A DNA stretch of 64,000 bases from Deltaproteobacteria bacterium (GTDB lineage Bacteria > Myxococcota_A > UBA9160 > UBA4427): NCBI GenBank assembly GCA_019310975.1, contig JAFDDH010000010.1:1375-65374 (forward strand). Reading direction: 5' to 3'. Made by a program: the position numbers and the translations under genes. Below are positions 17,523 through 25,649 of the stretch, one piece after another (the stretch's first letter is position 1; each line of letters opens with the position of its first letter). The notes below the pieces were generated by a model, which saw only the letters and a list, made by a program, of their open reading frames with translations, was not told the DNA's origin and searched no databases.

Positions 17523-19748
17523 GTGCGTTCCTCCCCGGCCATCGCGACCTGTATCGCCGTGGTGATGCTCTTCGTGCCCAGCACAGCCGCCGCGGCTCGT
17601 CCCGTGCAGCCAAGCGCCGACGCGGGCATTGCGGTCCACTTCGAGAGCCGTGATCTCAGCGAGATCGTCCAGGCGCTCGGCCGCGCAACCGGCGAGCGTT
17701 TCATCTACGGCGATGATCTCCGCGGCATCGTGACCATCACTGTGCCCGGACGTGTCTCGGCCGACGAGGCGCTCGAGCTACTCAATGCGGCACTCTTCCT
17801 GCGCGGCTATGCCATCTTGCCGATGGCCGACGGGGTCAAGAAGATCGTGCCCCTCGCGGAGACGAGCAGCGGGGCGCCCTTCGTCGCTGGAGTGGTGACG
17901 CCGGACGCGGAGCGGCCGATCACGACGCTGATCCATCTCGAGAACGCGGCCGCGGAGTCGGTGGTGAGCGCACTCGCCGGCTTCGTGCCGGGAGCGGGCG
18001 CCGTGTTCTCCTACCCACCCACTAATAGCATCGTGATGGCGGGCACCGAGTCGCAGGTTCGGCGCCTGATCACCATCGCACGCGTGCTCGACCGCGCAGC
18101 CGACGAGAACCTGCTGATTCTTGCGATTCGCTACCGCTCCGCCGATTTCGTCGCCGGATTGATCGAAGACGTATTCAACCAGACTGTCGTCTCGGCACGC
18201 CGAGTCGGCGTGTGGACCGACGGCCGGACGAATCGGTTGATCGTGCAGGGTGATCCTGCCCAGCTCGACGAAATCCGCCAATTCGTCGACGAAGTGGACG
18301 TTCCTCAGGAGTCGGGGGGTCTCCTGCAGGTCGTTCGCATCATCAACCGTGACGTCGACGAAGTGGCCGCTCTCCTGGAAGGCCTCTCGGAGGGACCGGT
18401 CACCGGGCCGCAGAGCCTGATCACCATGCAGGGGGTCACCCAATTTGGCGGCGCGCTGGCCGGACGCGACTACTCGATCACGGTGGATCGCAGCAGCCGC
18501 TCGCTGGTGATCCGCGCCGATCCGGGGACGTTCGAGATTCTCTCGCGCCTGATCGGCAAGATCGACAAGATTCCTGCGCGTGTGAGCGTCGAGGTGATCA
18601 TCTTCCAGCTCTCCCGCCCCAGCGCCTACACGTTCGGCGTGGACTACTTCCTGCCGGTCACCACACCCAAGAGCACGAACGATCTGATCGCATTCATCGA
18701 GCATCGTCCGAGTGGCGGCGACGGCATAGCGGCGGGTCCGGATTCTGTGATGTTCGCCCGCTACGGCCGCAAGCCCTTGATCTTCACCTTCGAGGATGAA
18801 GCCGGGAACTCGATCAGCATCCCGATCTCGCGCGAGTCCGTCGCCGTTCAGGCGGGTGAGCACACCTTCGAGGCGAGCCTGCTGATGCGGCCACACATCG
18901 TGGCCATCAGTGGCGAGGCGAACGAGATCTTCATCGGCAACAACATCCCGATTCCGGTGGCGGCGGGAAGCGCAGCTGCGACGACCACGACCGAGGCGGG
19001 CGAGGTGACGGCTGCGGCGCCCAACCCCTTTCTGTCGAATCGTCAGACCATCGAGCGCCAGGACGTGGGCGTGCGCATGCGTATCACGCCGACGCTTGGC
19101 GAGGACACCGATATTCTCCTCGAAGTGGATCTCCAGCTGACGGATATCGGCCCGCCGATTGCGGGTGATCCGATCGTAGTCGGTGTGAGCCTGGAGGAGC
19201 GGATTCTCAAAACCCGGATCCGATTGAACGAGGGCGAGATTGCAGTCATCGGTACATCGGAGCAGCAGAGTGAAGCGTACCGGGTACGCGGCATCCCCTT
19301 TCTGATGAACATTCCGCTGGTCGGCTATCTCTTCAAACGCGTCGACAAGCGTGTGGTGGATACATCACTCGTGATGATCGTGGAGGCACGGGTGATGCGT
19401 AGCCCCAGCGACGATGTGGCAGAAACGATTCGGCGCAGGATGGCCCTCGAGCGTTCGATGGCGCGGGTCTCGGATCTGGGTCGGCTGAGCGAGAGCCCCT
19501 ACGCGGTACTCCTCGACACCGTGCTGAGCGAGTCGATGGCGACGCGCATCGCGGATACGTTCACGAGCGATGGCTTCGATACCCGCGTGATTTCGTGGCA
19601 GGCGTCGGGCCAGCCGGTCTGGGACGTCTACGTGATCGAGCTCGCGTCCTTCGACGAGGCCGGCGGGCTGGCGCGGCAGCTCTACGACGCGGGCTGGCGG
19701 CCGGAGATCACCGTGCTCCCGCGCGAGAACGAGCTAGCCGGCGATTAG
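17523..19748 (+). CDS. secretin (GspD/PilQ superfamily) with C-terminal SPOR-like domain
   Basis: GTG start and signal peptide. N0 domain (IAVHFESRDLSEIVQALGRATGERFIY) followed by repeated N-domains. Secretin core ending GIPFLMNIPLVGYLFK. The last ~84 aa have a SPOR-like b-a-b-b-a-b pattern. Confidence 0.9.
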   Translation: MRSSPAIATCIAVVMLFVPSTAAAARPVQPSADAGIAVHFESRDLSEIVQALGRATGERFIYGDDLRGIVTITVPGRVSADEALELLNAALFLRGYAILPMADGVKKIVPLAETSSGAPFVAGVVTPDAERPITTLIHLENAAAESVVSALAGFVPGAGAVFSYPPTNSIVMAGTESQVRRLITIARVLDRAADENLLILAIRYRSADFVAGLIEDVFNQTVVSARRVGVWTDGRTNRLIVQGDPAQLDEIRQFVDEVDVPQESGGLLQVVRIINRDVDEVAALLEGLSEGPVTGPQSLITMQGVTQFGGALAGRDYSITVDRSSRSLVIRADPGTFEILSRLIGKIDKIPARVSVEVIIFQLSRPSAYTFGVDYFLPVTTPKSTNDLIAFIEHRPSGGDGIAAGPDSVMFARYGRKPLIFTFEDEAGNSISIPISRESVAVQAGEHTFEASLLMRPHIVAISGEANEIFIGNNIPIPVAAGSAAATTTTEAGEVTAAAPNPFLSNRQTIERQDVGVRMRITPTLGEDTDILLEVDLQLTDIGPPIAGDPIVVGVSLEERILKTRIRLNEGEIAVIGTSEQQSEAYRVRGIPFLMNIPLVGYLFKRVDKRVVDTSLVMIVEARVMRSPSDDVAETIRRRMALERSMARVSDLGRLSESPYAVLLDTVLSESMATRIADTFTSDGFDTRVISWQASGQPVWDVYVIELASFDEAGGLARQLYDAGWRPEITVLPRENELAGD

Positions 19749-20687
19749 GGGCGCCGCAGCGCCGAGCGGCCCGGTGGTCTCGGGCGCGATGGTGCCGCTC
19801 ACGCGGCCCCGCGCGTCCACCGAGAGATGCGGCAGCCCGACCTCTGCCAGCCAGGCGCGGCCCGCGTGTTCCCCCTTCAGCATCGCGATGGTCGAGGTCG
19901 TGCCCGCCACCACGCACTGCGGCGCGATGACGCTGACGCCAGCGAGCCCGCTGACCGGCCAGCCCTGCGTCGGATCCAGGATGTGGCCATAGCGAACGCC
20001 GTCCACGAGCATGAAGCGCTCGTAATCGCCGCTGCTCGCGATGGCGCCACTGGAGAGCCCGACCCAGGCGATGGCGGCCTGCGGCGCGCGCGGATGGCGA
20101 ATTCCCACCCGCCACGGGCTGCCCTCGGGCTGTGGACCGATGACCGCGATATCGCCGCCGAGATCCACGAAGCCGTGCCGCGCCCCCATCCCGCGACAGA
20201 GTTGAACGACGCGATCCGCCGCGTACTCCTTCACGTAGCCGCCGAGGTCGATCTGCATCCCTCTGCGAGGGAGCGCGATGCGCGGTCGCTCCCAGACCAC
20301 TTTTCGCCAACCCACCAGGGGCAGGAGCGCTTCGATCTGCTGCGGTGTCGGCAGCCGATTCGAGCGGAAGTCCCAGGCGCGCCGCAGCACACCGGAGGTC
20401 ACATCGAAGAGTCCATCACTGAGGCGGTGCCCGATGTCCGCATAGTCGAGCAGCGCTGCCGTCTCGGCGTCGACCTCGATGCCCTCCGCGTCACCCGCAC
20501 TGGCATTGATGTGGGAGACGACGCTGTCGCTGCGGAAACGGGAGTATTTGTGCTCGAGGCGCTCGATGTCGTCGCGCGCCGCGCGCACGATCGCGTCGGC
20601 GTCGCGTCCGGCATGAAGCTGGATCTGGCAGCGCGACCCCATCGCTCGGAAGGGGTAGCGACGAAGCTTTTGTTCAGAACTTCGCAC
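19734..20687 (-). CDS. apbE: FAD:protein FMN transferase (ApbE family)
   Basis: Motifs: YPFRAMGSRCQIQL, SRFRSDSVVSHIN, DLGGYVKEYA, ASSGDYERF. Start options are GTG 20687 (14-nt overlap with the upstream gene), ATG 20744 and ATG 20642. None gives an obvious signal peptide. Confidence 0.85.
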   Translation of the reverse strand: MRSSEQKLRRYPFRAMGSRCQIQLHAGRDADAIVRAARDDIERLEHKYSRFRSDSVVSHINASAGDAEGIEVDAETAALLDYADIGHRLSDGLFDVTSGVLRRAWDFRSNRLPTPQQIEALLPLVGWRKVVWERPRIALPRRGMQIDLGGYVKEYAADRVVQLCRGMGARHGFVDLGGDIAVIGPQPEGSPWRVGIRHPRAPQAAIAWVGLSSGAIASSGDYERFMLVDGVRYGHILDPTQGWPVSGLAGVSVIAPQCVVAGTTSTIAMLKGEHAGRAWLAEVGLPHLSVDARGRVSGTIAPETTGPLGAAAPLIAG

Positions 20688-22020
20688 CGAGCAGCACCGA
20701 GAAGAGGTGGTATTCCACCAGGCCAGGGTTGGCGAGCTCCACATCGGAGATCGCCCAGTCTGCGCTCGTCCTATAGCGCTGGTAGGCGAGGGAGAGGATC
20801 CAGCTCAGGTCCCGATCCGGCCAGCCGTCGAGGTGGGCGTTTGCTCGCAGCCCGTAGCTGATCGCGCCGAAGGGAGAGAGTCGGTAGTCGCTCGTGCGAT
20901 AGGTCGGTATGCCGAAGCGGAAGACCGGACCGTAGAAGTCCGCCTGGCTCTGCGAGTAATAGCGGAAGGACGGGATCAGCTCGAAGCGCTCGAAGAGCGT
21001 CTGGTACCACGCGACCTCGGCCGTAAAGGAAGAGACGCTCCACGAATCCCACTGGCCGGCGACGTCGACGTGAAGAGACGCGTTTGCGGGCCGGATGAAG
21101 TGCCGGTAGCGCGCGAAGGGTGTGAGCTGATGGCGCTCGCTCGGGCGCCGGTCATCGACGGTGGTGCCATCGTTGCTGACCTCGACCCGCTTGTAGGGAT
21201 CGGATAGATAGCCGTCGCCGTGCTTGTAGGCGAGGCCGGCCTGGAGGATCGCGTCGCGGTAGAGGATCTGCGAAAGGGTCAGATTGAAGGCCTGCGCCTT
21301 CTTGTAGTAGACGCCGAGGCCGAGGTCGTCATGCTGAGCCGGGTCGGTCGGCGTGATGGTATCCCACGAGAATCCCAAGCCGACGTTGAGGACGGTATTC
21401 TTGTCGTTGAAGCTGCGTTCGATATCGAAGCCGAAATTGCCCGAGAGGTAGTCCTTCTCGGACGAGACGCCACCCGTCAGCCCGATGCGCCCGCGGTCGA
21501 AGTAGTGATTGACGCCGATCTGCCCGTCGACGCGCTGCTCGAAGATGGTGGCGCCGCTCATGACCTGCAGATACTTCTGCTGCCCCTGGTCCCACGTGAC
21601 CCACCAGGGCGAGGCGCCGGACATGGTCTCGAAGACGAGGTCGACCCGGGTATCGATCCGCGAGGTCACCGGTGCGATCAGACTGAATTGGTGGGCGAAG
21701 ATCTCGTAGCGATTGCGGCTACCGCCGAGGTCTTCGTTCCACAGCCCGGGGCTGAGGTTGTCCTCCTTGTAATAGGAGAACGAGTAATCGGCCGAGGGCT
21801 CCTGGACGGGTGAGTCCGCACCCGCCGGCCCGGCCAGCATGCCCGGCAGCGCGAGCGCGCCCGAGGTGAGGGCCGCGAGCTTGGCGGACGGGCCGATCGG
21901 CAGGGTCTCACGCGCTTCCTGCGAGCGGCCGTCGCACGCCGCCTGCAGCCGCCCCCCCACGGCGACATCGCCCTTCACCCGATCCATCCCCTCTGCTCCG
22001 CCCCCCGTCGGATCCGCCAT
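20674..22020 (-). CDS. DUF3570-like outer-membrane-type protein
   Basis: Signal-like region ALTSGALALPGMLAGPAGA, aromatic-rich beta pattern, C-terminal ...LFSVLLGAKF. Two SGA[ST] motifs are present. The family assignment is from memory of the conserved DUF4266/DUF3570/ApbE/thioredoxin neighbourhood. Confidence 0.8.
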   Translation of the reverse strand: MADPTGGGAEGMDRVKGDVAVGGRLQAACDGRSQEARETLPIGPSAKLAALTSGALALPGMLAGPAGADSPVQEPSADYSFSYYKEDNLSPGLWNEDLGGSRNRYEIFAHQFSLIAPVTSRIDTRVDLVFETMSGASPWWVTWDQGQQKYLQVMSGATIFEQRVDGQIGVNHYFDRGRIGLTGGVSSEKDYLSGNFGFDIERSFNDKNTVLNVGLGFSWDTITPTDPAQHDDLGLGVYYKKAQAFNLTLSQILYRDAILQAGLAYKHGDGYLSDPYKRVEVSNDGTTVDDRRPSERHQLTPFARYRHFIRPANASLHVDVAGQWDSWSVSSFTAEVAWYQTLFERFELIPSFRYYSQSQADFYGPVFRFGIPTYRTSDYRLSPFGAISYGLRANAHLDGWPDRDLSWILSLAYQRYRTSADWAISDVELANPGLVEYHLFSVLLGAKF

Positions 22021-22254
22021 TCAGTTGCAGCCGCAGCCCCCGCCCCCGCCCCCGCCAGGCGGCAGCGAGCCCTCTTTGCTGAAGCGGATGTGATTCTGAA
22101 GTGCCGCGGCCTGCGGGTCGGGATCCCAGAGCATGTCGGCCCTCGCCAGTGTGTCCCGCTCCCAGGGCTTCACGGCCACGCAGCCCGACGTCGCGCCGAT
22201 CAGTGCGATCCCGATCGCGACTGCGATCCAGTCTCCCCTGCGAGCGCGCATCAT
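22021..22254 (-). CDS. DUF4266-like small lipoprotein with Gly7-CGCN C-terminus
   Basis: ATG 22254 overlaps the tlpA-like stop (ATGA). Lipobox IGATSGC. Ends ...PPGGGGGGGCGCN. Its stop abuts the start of the next gene. Confidence 0.75.
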   Translation of the reverse strand: MMRARRGDWIAVAIGIALIGATSGCVAVKPWERDTLARADMLWDPDPQAAALQNHIRFSKEGSLPPGGGGGGGCGCN

Positions 22255-22775
22255 TTCCTCTCCAGCCACTTGCGGACCTCGGCCCTGATCTTCTTCATGT
22301 CCCCGTCGCGGTAGCCCTTGTGGACGACGCGAACGACACCATCGCGATCGATGAGATACGAGGTCGGCATCGTCTCCAGCCCGTATCGGTCCGGTAGTGC
22401 GCCCTGCGGATCGCTGCCGCTCGGGTATCCGACGGGATTGCGGGCGAGGAACTTGAGTGCCTTCTTCTTGTCCTCGTCGAGGTTCACCGCGACGATCTGA
22501 AACTCGCCGGCTGGCATCTGCTTGCGGAGCTCTTCGAGCTCGGGCAGCGAGCTCAGGCAGGGCGGGCACCAGGAAGCCCAGAAGTCCAGCCATACGACCT
22601 TGCCCCGGTGGCTCTGCAGTGAGACATCGCCCTTGCCATCGAGTGATGGAAGGCTGAAGCCCGGGGCTTTGTCGCCCGGTTCCAACGCCACTGCCGCCTC
22701 TGCGATCAGGGCGCAGCCGAGAACGACCACCACGATCGTGGCCAGAACACCCGGCTTCGATTGGCATCGGATCAT
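22251..22775 (-). CDS. TlpA/ResA-family periplasmic thiol:disulfide oxidoreductase (membrane anchored)
   Basis: ATG 22775 with a GGAG RBS. TM anchor VLATIVVVVLGCALI. Active site WASWCPPC. Confidence 0.9.
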   Translation of the reverse strand: MIRCQSKPGVLATIVVVVLGCALIAEAAVALEPGDKAPGFSLPSLDGKGDVSLQSHRGKVVWLDFWASWCPPCLSSLPELEELRKQMPAGEFQIVAVNLDEDKKKALKFLARNPVGYPSGSDPQGALPDRYGLETMPTSYLIDRDGVVRVVHKGYRDGDMKKIRAEVRKWLERK

Positions 22776-22875
22776 CGAAGCGTCTCCACTTGCGCGCGGA
22801 CCTGCACGTGGAGGCGAGCCCACGCTGCTCTCTCATCGTCGCGACTGCGTGCTTCGATGAGTCGATTCTCGTTCT

Positions 22876-25257
22876 TCAGGAGGCCGCGTCGCGAGTCGTC
22901 GGCGGCGCTGCGGCCCGGATGGAATCCACGACGACGCCGATGCTCAGCAGCTCCGGTAGCACCTGGGGCCGCTCTGGGGAGCTCGGGTCGTAGACGAGGT
23001 AGAGGGGCACGCCCGCGCGTCCATGGCGGGCGAGCTCCGCGCGGATCGTCTCGTCACGCTGGGTCCAGTCGGCCCTGAGGACGCGTACGTTCAGTCGCTC
23101 GAGCTCGGCGAGCACGCGCGAGTCTCGCAGCACGACAGTCTCGTTCAGCTTGCACGTGATGCACCACTCCGCCGAGAAGGCCACCAGCACCGGCCGACCT
23201 TCCTCGAGTGCCGCGCTGACCTGCCCGGGACTCCACGCCGCCCAGCCCTCGGCACTCTCGCCCGGCAGCGGTGGTGTCGCGGTCGCGAGTCGCGCGCGAA
23301 CCAGATCGAGCCCCACCAGGGCGAGCAGAACCAGCGCGATTCCGGCGCTGGTGCGCAGCCAGGTGCGCTCCCCGTGCTGGAGCATTCCGTAGATCCACAA
23401 TCCGAAGGCGATCGCGACCAGCAGCGCCAGCAGGGTCGTCATGCCTTCGGTGCCCGAGAGCCCCCCGGCGATCCAGAGCAACCACACCACCGTGGCCAGC
23501 AGCGCAAAGCCCAGCCCGGACCGCAGCTTGAGCATCCACGCTCCCGAGCGCGGCACAAAGCGCGACCAGGCGGGCACCCAACTGATGAGCACGAAGGGCG
23601 CTGCGAGGCCGGCACCGATACAGAGAAAGATCAGGACGATGGTGAGTGCCGAGCCCGCGAACGCGAAGCCCACGGCCGTCCCCAGGAAGGGCGCCGAGCA
23701 GGGCGTTGCGAGCACGACTGCCAATAGGCCCTCGAAGAAGCTGCGCCGCGTGCCCGTGGTCTGTTCGCCCAGGCGCGCGGCTCCCCCCGCGTCGAAGCTG
23801 ATCTCGAAGACGCCGAAGAGATTGAGTGCGAAGGTGACCAGCACGATCGAGATGGCAGACACGAAGAGCGGCGATTGGAATTGGAACCCCCAGCCCACCT
23901 GGCCGCCGGCTGCCCGCAGCGCGAGCACCGCTCCCGCCAGCACAGCCATGGAAATGAGGATCCCGAGCGCGTAGGCGCCACCGCTCCGGCGCAGCGCGCT
24001 CCGATCGCGGCCGGCCATCTCGGCGATGCCGAAGACCTTGATGGCCAGGACCGGCAGCACGCAGGGCATCAGGTTCAGGATCAGCCCGCCGAGCAGCGCG
24101 AGCAGGATGACCTCTAGCAGACTCGGGCTGGAGTGGATCGCCACCCCCCCGGCCGGGTCTTCGTGCACGCCCGGAAGCCAGTGCTCTCCGAGCAGCGTGA
24201 CCTGCGCGCTCGCGTCGATGGATGGCAGGGGCAGGTCCACGTCCACGTGGGCGCGACGGCCGGAGAGGTCCTGCAGGACGAGCACGCCGCGCAGACGCGG
24301 CTCGGATGTCGCGGCACTCTCGTCTGCTCCTTCCCAGTCTTCGCTCACCTCGGCCTCGAAGCCGGCGAGCGAATGGTGCGGATCGTCTCTGGTGGGCAAC
24401 GCGGCTGCCGGCTCGGCACGGATCGGGAAAGTGGCGGCGGGAAAGAAGACGACGCCCTCGGCTGCGATTCGCCAGGGCACGCACTCGCCCGGCGTCGTGC
24501 AGGCGCGTGCTCCGATGGCGGCGTGAAAGGTCGATCCCGGTCGCAGCGCACTACGGTCGTAGAGCGATTCGAGCTCGACGCCGAGGCTCGCCGGTGCCAC
24601 AGGTACCCGCGCCTCGAAGTCGTCGAAGATCCGGCTGAGGCTGGCGTTGTCGGGTGAATCGACCAGCGCGGCGGTCAGCGAGCGCTCCAGCTCGATGCGT
24701 GCGGGAATGCACTCGCGCTGGCAGATCAGCAGGTCGATGTCGACGGCGATGCGGTGCTCGCGATCGAATTCCGGTGCGAGCGTGACATCGCTGGCCAGCA
24801 ACACACGCCCCTCGTAGCCGAAGGTGACGAAGAGGCCGTCGGCCTCGCTGAAGCTCTGCGGAGCGGGCCAGCGCAGCGCTCCCGCCTCGCCGCCTTCGAC
24901 CCTCCAATGCACCCGTGTCGGCAGCCCCGTGTCGCCAGAATTGCGCCAGTAGAGGTGCCAGCCCGGGTCGAGATCGAAGAGGACGCCGACGCGAACCAAG
25001 TCGGGCGTGGCCCGGCCCGCATCCACGAGAAGGTGCGCCCGCAACCGGGCCCCGCCCTCGTAATGACCGCTCTCACCGCTCGCTCCGGCGGGAAGCGCAC
25101 GCAGCACGCTCGAGGAAGCAGTGGCCGCCCGGAGCTGCGATCCGCCCAGAGCGAAGAGCCATGCAACCAGGAAGACGAGTATGCGGCCGGCTCGCCCTGC
25201 GGCGGCCGGGCCGGGCTTCCTCTCTTCTTCGTCCGCTTCTTCCGGTATCCGCTTCAT
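22876..25257 (-). CDS. dsbD: thiol:disulfide interchange protein DsbD/ScsB-type (N-terminal DsbD-alpha-like, CcdA-like TM core, C-terminal thioredoxin)
   Basis: ATG 25257 (MKRIPEE). Motifs: GWHLYWRNSGDTGLPT and ICQRECIP (alpha domain), LMPCVLPVL and ATPCSAPFLG (TM cysteines), AEWCITCK (thioredoxin). Confidence 0.9.
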   Translation of the reverse strand: MKRIPEEADEEERKPGPAAAGRAGRILVFLVAWLFALGGSQLRAATASSSVLRALPAGASGESGHYEGGARLRAHLLVDAGRATPDLVRVGVLFDLDPGWHLYWRNSGDTGLPTRVHWRVEGGEAGALRWPAPQSFSEADGLFVTFGYEGRVLLASDVTLAPEFDREHRIAVDIDLLICQRECIPARIELERSLTAALVDSPDNASLSRIFDDFEARVPVAPASLGVELESLYDRSALRPGSTFHAAIGARACTTPGECVPWRIAAEGVVFFPAATFPIRAEPAAALPTRDDPHHSLAGFEAEVSEDWEGADESAATSEPRLRGVLVLQDLSGRRAHVDVDLPLPSIDASAQVTLLGEHWLPGVHEDPAGGVAIHSSPSLLEVILLALLGGLILNLMPCVLPVLAIKVFGIAEMAGRDRSALRRSGGAYALGILISMAVLAGAVLALRAAGGQVGWGFQFQSPLFVSAISIVLVTFALNLFGVFEISFDAGGAARLGEQTTGTRRSFFEGLLAVVLATPCSAPFLGTAVGFAFAGSALTIVLIFLCIGAGLAAPFVLISWVPAWSRFVPRSGAWMLKLRSGLGFALLATVVWLLWIAGGLSGTEGMTTLLALLVAIAFGLWIYGMLQHGERTWLRTSAGIALVLLALVGLDLVRARLATATPPLPGESAEGWAAWSPGQVSAALEEGRPVLVAFSAEWCITCKLNETVVLRDSRVLAELERLNVRVLRADWTQRDETIRAELARHGRAGVPLYLVYDPSSPERPQVLPELLSIGVVVDSIRAAAPPTTRDAAS

Positions 25258-25649
25258 GGTTTTGGGGGGGCGTCCAGCATCGTCGATCGCATGGTCGCAC
25301 GTCTCGAAGTATCGACGCCCATCGGTCTGAACATGTGATCTTTGACCATACGCACCTCGCCCGGCCATGGATACAAGCGCGCCGTGGATCCGATCGGTCT
25401 CTGCGTTGCCGACGACGTGCCGATGGGTTGCGCATGAAACGCTTGCTCGAGAGGCGAAGCTGAATCGAAGCGACCGGAAGTGTAGGAGAAAGACCCAAGA
25501 GTGTGACACAACACACCGATACGAGGCGTGCTGACCCGATATCTCTCTCGGACCGCGACGGCACCGACCTCGGTTTCGGCGTGGACGGCGTCGATGCTGC
25601 GAGGCGGGGCCCGGGTCGAGCCGTTGGTGCGAAGCGGAGTGAATAGAAT

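Noticed and set aside
25501-25647. 48-codon GTG ORF with an AGGAG RBS upstream of the CxxCH gene (possible leader peptide).
   Set aside because: GC3 is only about two-thirds, well below neighbouring genes. No hydrophobic or regulatory-peptide features. Probably non-coding 5' region.
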